Shown here piece after piece: positions 56,883-64,000 of a stretch of 64,000 nucleotides of DNA. The first letter of the stretch is position 1. The number at the start of each line of letters is the position of its first letter. A program made the translations under genes and the position numbers. The notes under the pieces were generated by a model, which saw nothing but the letters and a program-made list of their open reading frames with translations, was not told where the DNA came from and made no database searches. Origin of the DNA: an uncultured Bdellovibrionales bacterium (GTDB taxonomy: Bacteria; Myxococcota; XYA12-FULL-58-9; JALHOP01); NCBI GenBank assembly GCA_964484195.1, contig CAZAER010000001.1:1215754-1279753 (forward strand). The letters are read 5' to 3'.

Positions 56883-57359
56883 GTGAGCAAGCGCCAGATC
56901 GACATCGCATCGAAAGTTTTTTTCGAGGGCGTGCGCTTTGTCCGTAAGGACCGCGACGGCCCGATGCGGCTCCTCGCTCTCTTCCTGGGCAAGTCCTTCA
57001 TCACCAACTTCTGGACGACGTATCGCCTGCCATTTCAGAAGCAGGTCACCGTCACCTATCCGCCCTCTGTGTGCGACCCGCACCAGCACCCAGGTATCGT
57101 CCAGCACGAGATGGTCCATGTGCGGCAGTTCGAACGCTTCGGAGCACCGGTCGTGATGATCCTGCTCGCCGGTCTGCTGCCACTACCAGTGTTCTTCTCG
57201 GGCCGTTGGCTCATCGAACGCCGTGCGTACCTCGATGACATCCGCGTTGGTCGAATCACGCTCGAGCGCGCCGTCGACGTGCTCTGGTCGCACTACGGGT
57301 TCGCTTGGCCGAAGACGATGATGCGGAGATGGTTTCGGAAGCAGCTCGCCCTCATGTAG
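56883..57359 (+). CDS. Hypothetical protein with an HExxH motif.
   Basis: The ORF has a GTG start and good composition. QHEMVHVRQ may be a zincin-like motif. Confidence 0.4.
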   Translation: MSKRQIDIASKVFFEGVRFVRKDRDGPMRLLALFLGKSFITNFWTTYRLPFQKQVTVTYPPSVCDPHQHPGIVQHEMVHVRQFERFGAPVVMILLAGLLPLPVFFSGRWLIERRAYLDDIRVGRITLERAVDVLWSHYGFAWPKTMMRRWFRKQLALM

Positions 57360-57367
57360 GCAGAGCC

Positions 57368-57775
57368 ATGCTCACATCACTCCTCGTGTTGGTCGCCTGG
57401 ACGCTCTGCATCGAAGTCTGGATGTACGCCACCCGCCTCCCCGCCATGTACGCCGCGAAGATCGACCCCGGCCTCCTCAAGCGCAAAGACGAGCTCGACG
57501 TGCTGCCGCTCCCGGTCAAGCAGATCGCTGACAACTTCGCTCACCTGCACGAGCAGCCAGTCTGCTTTTACGCACTGGTCGCATATGGCCATCTCGCGGG
57601 CGTGACTGGTGCGGTTCCAACTGCGCTAGCGTGGACGTACGTGGGGCTGCGGATCGTGCACTCGTTGGTTCAGTGCACGTTCAACTACGTGCCGGTGCGG
57701 TTCTTCGTGTTCACATCGTCGTCCGCGGTGCTCGCGGCGCTGGTCGTCGTGAATGTGCTTGCGCGGATCAGCTAG
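57368..57775 (+). CDS. MAPEG-family membrane protein.
   Basis: The ATG at 57368 gives MLTSLLVLVAWTL. The product has 3-4 TM helices and is about 135 aa. Confidence 0.65.
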   Translation: MLTSLLVLVAWTLCIEVWMYATRLPAMYAAKIDPGLLKRKDELDVLPLPVKQIADNFAHLHEQPVCFYALVAYGHLAGVTGAVPTALAWTYVGLRIVHSLVQCTFNYVPVRFFVFTSSSAVLAALVVVNVLARIS

Positions 57776-57989
57776 CGCGCTTCGCAGTCCGCGCCGCTTT
57801 GCGAAACGCCTCGTCCGTCGGTGCGCCCTTCGCATCCTTCTTGCGAACAGGTCGCCCTCCTCGCTTCGCCCGCTCTTGCGCCTTGTGAATGTTAAGGTCG
57901 AATCGCTTAGACGCGTCGCAAGTTGAAACACCTGCCGCACGACTCTCGGCACTAGGTCGCAAAATCGGCGCACACCACCGGCACGCGAC

Positions 57990-58457
57990 GTGCTTCCGGC
58001 AGACGGCATGAGGTCACGACCGAGGCTACGGCCATGCTTCTGCTGCGGAGCGCCACCCGGAAAACTCCATAGGCCGAGGTGTGACCTCGAAGACTGCGCA
58101 CTATGCGGCGAACAGAGGATCACTTGCGACTGCGTCTTGGTGGTCACCGGCCTATCTCCCGAGCGCCTCGAGCAAGAGAACCCAAGCGTGTACTGGTACG
58201 GCCCGACGAGGAATATGCGGGCCCGCTACCAACGCGAGGTCAAAAGGTGCGGCGGGCGCCTGGTGTGGACGGGAGACTGGCTTGGCGCTGAACAGTGCGC
58301 TGCGCTCGGCTGGTTCGTGCGCCCCCAGGGTTCGGGTTTCGTTCCGTGCAGCGCGAGCGCCCCCGACGCAATCCCGGACATCGAGAAGTTGTTGCACCAC
58401 GCCCATTGGGACAGGACGTTGCGCCGCTACGTGTTCAACCTCGTTGTCGTCCGCTAG
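57990..58457 (+). CDS. Cys-rich hypothetical protein.
   Basis: It has a CxxC cluster (CFCCG, CDLEDCALCGE, CDC) and good aromatic content. The start is uncertain. Confidence 0.35.
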   Translation: MLPADGMRSRPRLRPCFCCGAPPGKLHRPRCDLEDCALCGEQRITCDCVLVVTGLSPERLEQENPSVYWYGPTRNMRARYQREVKRCGGRLVWTGDWLGAEQCAALGWFVRPQGSGFVPCSASAPDAIPDIEKLLHHAHWDRTLRRYVFNLVVVR

Positions 58458-58480
58458 GGAGTGGAAGCTCGCGACAGCGC

Positions 58481-58509
58481 TATACTACTGAATGGATTTT
58501 TGTAGTATA
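58481..58509. promoter_or_regulatory. AT-rich inverted repeat TATACTAC-N13-GTAGTATA upstream of the gene starting at 58518.
   Basis: The sequence tatactactgaatggatttttgtagtata is seen directly. It is about 30% GC in a roughly 70% GC genome and lies 9 nt before the ATG. Confidence 0.45.
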
Positions 58510-58517
58510 ACCAGGAA

Positions 58518-59558
58518 GTGCCTCTCTATTCACCCTTGTCCCAACGCGCTGCGACCGCGTACGCCGAGCTTCTCGAGACTGCTCGAGCGCTGGAGCTCGA
58601 CCGCGATATCGCTGCCCTCAGCGGTGGCTTTGCGGCGAAGACCGTCAAGGGCAAGCAGTATTGGTACTACCAGTATCGCGACGTCGATGACGCCCTCAGA
58701 CAACTCTACGTTGGTCCCGACGACGAGCGTGTCCGCGCCTTGATTGCGCGCACCAAGCAATCGACCAATCACGCCCAAATCGTGCCCATGGCTCGCGCAG
58801 CCATCGAGCTCGGCTGCGAACCGATCACCCCACCCCACTTCAACGTCATCAAGCGCATCGCGGAGTACGGCTTCTTTCGCGCTGGCGGTGTCCTCGTCGG
58901 CACCCACGCGTTCGTCGGACTCGCTTCCCTCCTAGCGGTTCGATGGTCATCCACGTCGCGCACCGATGACGTCGACTTCGCGTTCCCCGGCAAGCACCTA
59001 GAGATCGCCCTCCCGGCAGATCTGGCCGTCGACGTCCCAGCAGCAGTCGAATCGCTGGCCCTGGGCTTCCTGCCAACTTCAGCGTTCAACCCCGCAGGCT
59101 CGAAAGCCACCTACGTCGCCGCAAAGCACAACCTGCGCATCGACTTCCTGACAACTCGCCGACGCAGCGACGCCCCTGTTCACGTCGAGAACCTGAAGGT
59201 CGCGATGCAGCCGCTGCCGTACATGGAGCTCCTCCTCGAGCACCCGGTCCAGGTCGCCCTCATCGCAAGAGCGGGTGCGGTCATCATCAACGCGCCCGAT
59301 CCGGTCAACCTCGCCATTCACAAGCTCATCGTCGCAACAGCGCGGGGCGCATCGTGGCGCACCAAGTCGGTGAAGGACCTGACGCAAGCTGCGGCGTTGT
59401 TCGAAGTCCTTGCAACGACCGACAGCGCGCAAGTCGGGGAGCGCTGGGACGAGGCTCTACGACGGGGACCGATGTGGAAGAAGAAGCTGGTCGCTGGACG
59501 CAAGGCGCTCATCGCAGCGCACGGTAACGAGCCGTTTGCGGAGCTACTTCCTACGTGA
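58518..59558 (+). CDS. Nucleotidyltransferase-fold protein (AbiEii-related, GSU2403-like) with an N-terminal extension.
   Basis: The 346-aa ORF has good composition. The N-terminus (AAKTVKGKQYWYYQY) and the central region resemble standalone NTase-fold proteins. The family assignment is from memory only. Confidence 0.45.
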   Translation: MPLYSPLSQRAATAYAELLETARALELDRDIAALSGGFAAKTVKGKQYWYYQYRDVDDALRQLYVGPDDERVRALIARTKQSTNHAQIVPMARAAIELGCEPITPPHFNVIKRIAEYGFFRAGGVLVGTHAFVGLASLLAVRWSSTSRTDDVDFAFPGKHLEIALPADLAVDVPAAVESLALGFLPTSAFNPAGSKATYVAAKHNLRIDFLTTRRRSDAPVHVENLKVAMQPLPYMELLLEHPVQVALIARAGAVIINAPDPVNLAIHKLIVATARGASWRTKSVKDLTQAAALFEVLATTDSAQVGERWDEALRRGPMWKKKLVAGRKALIAAHGNEPFAELLPT

Positions 59559-59587
59559 TGTCGAGCGGAGCGCCGCGGTTAGAGCCG

Positions 59588-60379
59588 TCAGCGACTCAGC
59601 ACCCGCGGCAATACCCCACCAGGGCGCCCAAAATGAGGGACCACCGAATGGTCCGTTTTGGCGGATGGGTCAACGAACCGCTCGTCGGTCGTGTCATAGT
59701 ACAAGCAACCCATCTCTTCAGGAGGCCGAGACTCGATGAACCGCGCCGTCTCGTCGAGAGCGGAGAGCCATTGCGTCTTGGTAGCCTGCAAGTCGAGTGG
59801 CCGCGCCAACAAGAGCCGTGCAAAGTCTTCGGGCTGATACCTGCCGCGACGGCGGAGCAGCTCGAGCAGCGAAATCGGGGTGAAGCCGGGATCCTTTCCT
59901 GCCGCCGCCCAGCACAAGGGCCCGAGCGCCAGTATCGTCGCGTCGATGTGGATGACGTCGAGAAAGTCCCGCGACTCGTCTCGCCCGACCAGCGCCAGCA
60001 GCTTGTTCACCGCAAGATCGACGGGATGGAGCGTGTACCCGACACGTGGGTCGGCGATAGGAGGCAAGAACCGCCACGCCGAGTCGTGTGCCCACTCGAT
60101 CTTGGTAGCCTGCTTCTTCTTGGTGACGATGGCGCGAATGTAACCAGGCTGCTCCAACTCGGGTTCGATGGCGTATTTGTTCGCAAGCAGTAGCTCACGG
60201 TCGTCGCGATATGCCGAAGCGACGCGTTGCTCCGAGTCGTTGAAGTAGTCGAGGTCGTTGCTATAGCGGACACCGTTCGGCTGCAAGTGAAGTGCCGCTC
60301 CACCAGCGAGATAGCTGTCGGGTGTACGGTTCGAAGCGAGCAACTTTGCGAGCACAGCCTGGTAGTCGGTTAGCGGCAT
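59588..60379 (-). CDS. AbiEii/AbiGii-family nucleotidyltransferase toxin (type IV toxin-antitoxin system).
   Basis: YLAGGAALHLQPNGVRYSNDLDYF matches the AbiEii GG-x-AL ... R-x-S-x-D-L/I-D-F signature. The ATG at 60379 overlaps the upstream small gene by 10 nt. Confidence 0.7.
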   Translation of the reverse strand: MPLTDYQAVLAKLLASNRTPDSYLAGGAALHLQPNGVRYSNDLDYFNDSEQRVASAYRDDRELLLANKYAIEPELEQPGYIRAIVTKKKQATKIEWAHDSAWRFLPPIADPRVGYTLHPVDLAVNKLLALVGRDESRDFLDVIHIDATILALGPLCWAAAGKDPGFTPISLLELLRRRGRYQPEDFARLLLARPLDLQATKTQWLSALDETARFIESRPPEEMGCLYYDTTDERFVDPSAKTDHSVVPHFGRPGGVLPRVLSR

Positions 60380-60642
60380 AACTTCGCACCCGCATCCCAA
60401 CCTTCACGTCCGCCGTGCTTCATGAGCTGGCGTGCGACCCAAGGGACGTCGACCGCCGTGATGATGAGCTGAGGGTCGTACGACCAGAAACAGCGGGCAT
60501 GAAATCGTCGATAGAGGCGACGCGCCTCTCTTACCCTGACCATGGTTCGCGCGGTCGCGGCGTCGAGAGCGCGGCGACTCTTCTTGCCGCCGCGACGGCC
60601 AATCTCGGCAAAGTAACGGCGGGTCGCGGAGTCCATGGACAT
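60370..60642 (-). CDS. Small basic protein, a putative antitoxin or transcriptional regulator cognate to the NTase toxin.
   Basis: The ATG at 60642 gives MSMDSATRRYFAEIGRRGGKKSRRALDAATARTMVRVREARRLYRRFHARCFWSYDPQ... (90 aa). The 5' end abuts a perfect palindrome, and the 3' end is translationally coupled to the toxin. Confidence 0.5.
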   Translation of the reverse strand: MSMDSATRRYFAEIGRRGGKKSRRALDAATARTMVRVREARRLYRRFHARCFWSYDPQLIITAVDVPWVARQLMKHGGREGWDAGAKLCR

Positions 60643-60643
60643 G

Positions 60644-60662
60644 ATCATAAGCCGCTTATGAT
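60644..60662. promoter_or_regulatory. Perfect 9-1-9 palindrome ATCATAAGC-C-GCTTATGAT at the 5' end of the antitoxin gene.
   Basis: Seen directly at 60644-60662. It lies in a locally AT-rich stretch and overlaps alternative start codons (ATGATCATG). Confidence 0.5.
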
Positions 60663-60713
60663 AAAACATCAATAGAATTGGCCGCTTTTGCTCCTGCAGC
60701 TGCCACCGTTGCC

Positions 60714-62114
60714 ATGTCCCGTTCCCTGGATTACCCAGCACCCGTGCCCAAGCTCGGCCGAAACGATCCCTGCCACTGCGGAAGCGGCAAGAAGTACAAG
60801 CACTGCCACGCCGACGAGGACGCCGAAGCGAGCCGCCGCGATGTCGACCGCGCCCGCGCCCTGCATCGGTTCGACCATGAGGTTTGCGGCCGCCTTGCGC
60901 AGTTCGCGAACAAGGCGCTTGGCCCAGGCTGGGACCACCCCGACCTGCTACCCGCAATCGACGAGCTCGCACCCGCCGCTATCCAGTTCATCGCGCCGTG
61001 GCTTTTCTATCATGCCAAGCACGAGGACCTCACCATCGCCGAGGCATACCTCTTGGCCGGCGCGGATCGCCTACCGCAGACGGAGCGCGCCTGGCTCGAA
61101 GCTCAGGTCCGCGCGCATTTCGACATTTGGGAGATCATCCGCGTCGAGCCTGGTCGGGGCATCCAAGTCGAGAGTCTCACCACCGGCGACTCGCGCTTCA
61201 TCATCGAAGAGAAGGGCAGCGCCTATTCAGTTCCTCGAGACGCCCTCCTCGCTCGGCTCATCGACTTCGACTCGGTCAGCGTGTTTTGCGGAACCCACCC
61301 GAGGCCACTTTCGCCGGAGTACGCGGCCGAGGTGTTGAGCCATCTCAAGCGCGAGCTTCGATCGCGGGCCAAGAAAACACTGCTCGAGCGGATGCGGACG
61401 CAGATCGGTCAGTCGCTCCTCGCGGAGATCTGGGAGGACGCGGTCGATGCGATGAGCAAGCGGCCAGCGCCCACGCTCACGAACACCGACGGCGAAGAGA
61501 TGATCGTAACGAAGGATATCTACGACATCATCGACTCCGCGGCGCACGTCGAAACTCTTTTGCGCAGCATCGAGGGTGCCGAGCCACACGATGACGACGC
61601 CTCGGAAGAGCGAGTGGTCACCATCAGCAAGATCGGCAACCGCGTCCACGCAGGCTGGCCCAGCACCGTCGTCGCGAATGCCTTCATCAAAGAGAAACGG
61701 CTGGTCGTCGAGACCAACTCCACCAAGCGCGCTGATGCCATGAAGAAGAGCGTGCTTGCGACGTGCGGTGCTGCGGTCCGCTATCGCCTACGCGAAACCG
61801 AAGATGCGAGCGCCACGCTCGAGAAGATGCTCGCTGGAGAAGATCGTGGTCGCGGCCGTGCAAAGGTTCCGGAGATGACGCCGGAGATCTGCGCCGTTCT
61901 TCGCCAGCAGAAGGACGCACACTATCGGGACTGGCTCGACCAGCCGATTCCGGCGCTGCGCGGAAAGACACCTCGCGAAGCGGCAGCGGATCCGCGCCGA
62001 CGTGGTGAGCTCGAGTTGTTGTTGAAACAGCTCGAGAACAGTGAGGGCCGGTCGCCACCCGAGGAGCGGGCGAACATCCACGTTTTGCGGCGGGAGCTCG
62101 GGTTCGCGACGTGA
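60714..62114 (+). CDS. SEC-C-motif protein with a C-terminal DUF2384-like (Xre/MbcA/ParS antitoxin toxin-binding) region.
   Basis: The N-terminal NDPCHCGSGKKYKHCH is a SEC-C metal-binding motif. The C-terminus ALRGKTPREAAADPRRRGELELLLKQLE resembles DUF2384. The ORF is about 466 aa and the start is uncertain (60678 or 60714). Confidence 0.55.
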   Translation: MSRSLDYPAPVPKLGRNDPCHCGSGKKYKHCHADEDAEASRRDVDRARALHRFDHEVCGRLAQFANKALGPGWDHPDLLPAIDELAPAAIQFIAPWLFYHAKHEDLTIAEAYLLAGADRLPQTERAWLEAQVRAHFDIWEIIRVEPGRGIQVESLTTGDSRFIIEEKGSAYSVPRDALLARLIDFDSVSVFCGTHPRPLSPEYAAEVLSHLKRELRSRAKKTLLERMRTQIGQSLLAEIWEDAVDAMSKRPAPTLTNTDGEEMIVTKDIYDIIDSAAHVETLLRSIEGAEPHDDDASEERVVTISKIGNRVHAGWPSTVVANAFIKEKRLVVETNSTKRADAMKKSVLATCGAAVRYRLRETEDASATLEKMLAGEDRGRGRAKVPEMTPEICAVLRQQKDAHYRDWLDQPIPALRGKTPREAAADPRRRGELELLLKQLENSEGRSPPEERANIHVLRRELGFAT

Positions 62115-62129
62115 TGTAAGCTGGTCCAC

Positions 62130-62468
62130 ATGACCAAGAAATCACTGCGGTCCGACGTACTACCGCCAGCGATCAGCATCAGCGACGTCATGGCGAAGGG
62201 CGCGAGCACATCCGTGGTCTCGGACATGGAGCGCCCCGAAGCGCAGCAGAGTCGACGACGTGGTTACGATGTTGTTGAGTGGGCGAAGGACATGCCGGTC
62301 GAGGAGCGGTGGGCGGTTTGCTTCAAGGTGCTTGCGACGGATCCGCAGGCGCTGTCGATGTGCCCGGAGTGTGAGCGAGCACCGGTGTGGCCGGAACCGG
62401 CGGCGAGTGGGCAAGTCACGTTGACGTGTAGTGGGTGTGATGCGACGCGGACGCGAGCGGAGGTATGA
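62130..62468 (+). CDS. Small hypothetical protein with zinc-ribbon-like Cys pairs.
   Basis: CPEC...CSGC is present. The 112-aa ORF begins 16 nt after the upstream stop. Confidence 0.4.
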   Translation: MTKKSLRSDVLPPAISISDVMAKGASTSVVSDMERPEAQQSRRRGYDVVEWAKDMPVEERWAVCFKVLATDPQALSMCPECERAPVWPEPAASGQVTLTCSGCDATRTRAEV

Positions 62469-62483
62469 ACGGCGCCCCGGCTT

Positions 62484-64000
62484 CTACTGAATGAGCCAGC
62501 GCGGAGCCCCGTCGCCTGCGTCCGTGGTCACCTCGAGGCGTTCCCCACGGAGCCCGATGGCTCCGTCGACGCGAAAGATGATGCGCGAGAGGTTGCCATC
62601 ATCAGGGTAGCGACTCTCGCGATACTCGCGGTCACCGATACGCAGCACGTAAAGCGCGCCGCCCGGCGTGAAGGGCGTTGTACTTTCGATCTCGATCTCG
62701 GTCGCCGGCCGCGACACGGCGGCGTCCACAATGGGCTGCGAGCGTATGATGCGTGCGCTGTTCACGGGCGAGGCTCCAATGCTGCGGGGTGGCCGCACGG
62801 ATGCCGGCCGGACGAAGGCGGTGGGGCTCGCAGCGCTCACCAGCTCGCTGGCCTCACGGGTCGAAAGGCTGAGATCGCTAAGGTAGACGGCGCCAGCGGG
62901 CGAACGATCGAACGTGTAACGAATCCCGCGCAGCTTGGTAAGGTCGACGCCCGGGAAAGCCGCGAGTGGTATGCGCACCGTCTGCAGGATCGCGTGCGGG
63001 CCACCGGGGCCGATCGCTGGCCCTTGCAGCCAGAGATAATCGCTGAGGGCTACGGGCGCAGTCAGCGAGCCATCGGCCTGAACGAGCTGGATCGAAAAAT
63101 CCGTCGGCACTGACGCTGGATTCGCGGCCCCTGGAGCTCGCGCGACCCGGAAGGTGAGCGTCTTCGCGGGTCCGAGATCGCGACCACTGCCAGGCGCCTC
63201 CCAGTTGCTCTGGAAGAAGACACCAGCGTTGGCTTGCGTCCAGCTGAGCTCGGCGCCCACTTGGTTCTTGTCGTGTGCGCTGAGACGCTTGTGTGCGACG
63301 GTGACGTTCGCGGCATCGTTCGCCGCCCCGGACGTGTTGGTCCCTGTGGGTCGGTCGAAACGTTCGAACACGCGGGTGACCACTGCGTTCGGGGTGTCGA
63401 CGTAGCCGCGCTCGATTGGGGTGATGGTCGCGAGCTCCGTCGGCAGCGGGTGGGCCGGGTTGAAGAGCCGACCGAGCTGCGGATTGGCATCGCGCCCGAC
63501 GTGCGCGCGGAAGAAGGCCGCCATCGCGGTGTTGCCCACGTGCCGTTGCAGGGCTGCGCCGTTCTCGCGAAGCCAAACAGCGTCATGATTGCGGCACGAC
63601 GCCGCGTCGCTGCGTTGCCACTCGCTGTTGTAGAAGTTGTGATTCGTCCCCCACACCGAAAACGTCGACTTGGGAGTCGCCGGCGTTTCAGTGGCGTCAT
63701 CGATCATGCGGTCGAATGGACGGACGCCCTGGAGGTTCGAGACGTCGCCATCGCACATGGGAAGCAGCACGTTCCACGAGGTGCCAGTCGCGTCGAGAAC
63801 GCGCGAGGTTTGGCCGTCCACCGGACCAATCTCGAAGATACCTTTGATGCGCAGGTCGGAGCCGATGCGCGCCGGCCACGGACTATCCGCGTCGCGATAG
63901 AGATTGTAGGCCGCGCGTGCGCCTTCGCCGCCACGGCTGTGGCCCATGAGGCCGACGTTCGACAAGTCGAGCTTGCCTTGAAGGTCGACCCCTAGCGACT
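62484..64000 (-). CDS. Alpha/beta-hydrolase (lipase/esterase) with a long C-terminal extension. The N-terminus lies beyond the window.
   Basis: The nucleophile elbow is GHSRGG. The frame stays open upstream of 63965 to the window edge. About 400 aa of beta-rich C-terminal domain follow. Confidence 0.7.
   Translation of the reverse strand, partial: SLGVDLQGKLDLSNVGLMGHSRGGEGARAAYNLYRDADSPWPARIGSDLRIKGIFEIGPVDGQTSRVLDATGTSWNVLLPMCDGDVSNLQGVRPFDRMIDDATETPATPKSTFSVWGTNHNFYNSEWQRSDAASCRNHDAVWLRENGAALQRHVGNTAMAAFFRAHVGRDANPQLGRLFNPAHPLPTELATITPIERGYVDTPNAVVTRVFERFDRPTGTNTSGAANDAANVTVAHKRLSAHDKNQVGAELSWTQANAGVFFQSNWEAPGSGRDLGPAKTLTFRVARAPGAANPASVPTDFSIQLVQADGSLTAPVALSDYLWLQGPAIGPGGPHAILQTVRIPLAAFPGVDLTKLRGIRYTFDRSPAGAVYLSDLSLSTREASELVSAASPTAFVRPASVRPPRSIGASPVNSARIIRSQPIVDAAVSRPATEIEIESTTPFTPGGALYVLRIGDREYRESRYPDDGNLSRIIFRVDGAIGLRGERLEVTTDAGDGAPRWLIQ

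Noticed and set aside
57768-57962. 64-aa basic minus ORF (..KAQERAKRGGRPVRKKDAKG..)
   Set aside because: It could be a small nucleic-acid-binding protein, but it has no Shine-Dalgarno or start context that I can support, and its composition is consistent with chance in GC-rich DNA.
60370-60972. 200-aa version of the antitoxin ORF
   Set aside because: The N-terminal 110 aa are Arg/Gly junk. Only the last 90 aa (from MSMDS at 60642) look like a real protein.

Overview
This is a 64 kb chromosomal segment with about 70% GC that almost certainly comes from a myxobacterium (Myxococcota). Evidence for that: a MYXO-CTERM sorting signal, myxo-type cysteine-rich repeats, PilZ-Ser/Thr-kinase fusions, an ECF sigma with a zf-HC2 kinase and a TPR protein, many lipoproteins, and GTG/TTG starts with strong Shine-Dalgarno sites.

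Coding density is high on both strands. Many of the long ORFs in the six-frame track are antisense artefacts of the high GC content.

Recognisable content, in order:
- A PHA locus (partial phaC, CoA-transferase, phasin, phaR).
- An acyl-CoA desaturase.
- A c-di-GMP module (degenerate GGDEF-EAL gene followed by a PilZ-kinase).
- An ECF sigma / kinase / TPR module.
- A HerA-like DUF853 ATPase and a membrane-fused spermidine-synthase-like protein.
- An RRM protein, a response regulator, a second PilZ-kinase paralog that looks like a pseudokinase, and RNase H.
- A 1150-aa protein with no signal peptide, internal repeats, a Gly/Ala-rich segment and a C-terminal trypsin-like domain, preceded by a 62-aa ORF. 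It sits convergent with a MYXO-CTERM protein that carries a P-domain and Cys-rich repeats.
- Several large lipoproteins, an ABC-F ATPase, a Ca-binding RTX-like lipoprotein, an MHS transporter, and an RpoD-family sigma factor.
- An OmpA-TSP3 plus IPT/TIG-repeat operon.
- Two methyltransferase genes each followed by copies of a conserved 22-bp AT-rich palindrome.
- A toxin-antitoxin-like island near the end (AbiEii-type nucleotidyltransferase with a small antitoxin, plus a SEC-C/DUF2384 protein), and a partial alpha/beta hydrolase at the right edge.

There are no rRNA or tRNA genes, no CRISPR array, and no obvious transposase.
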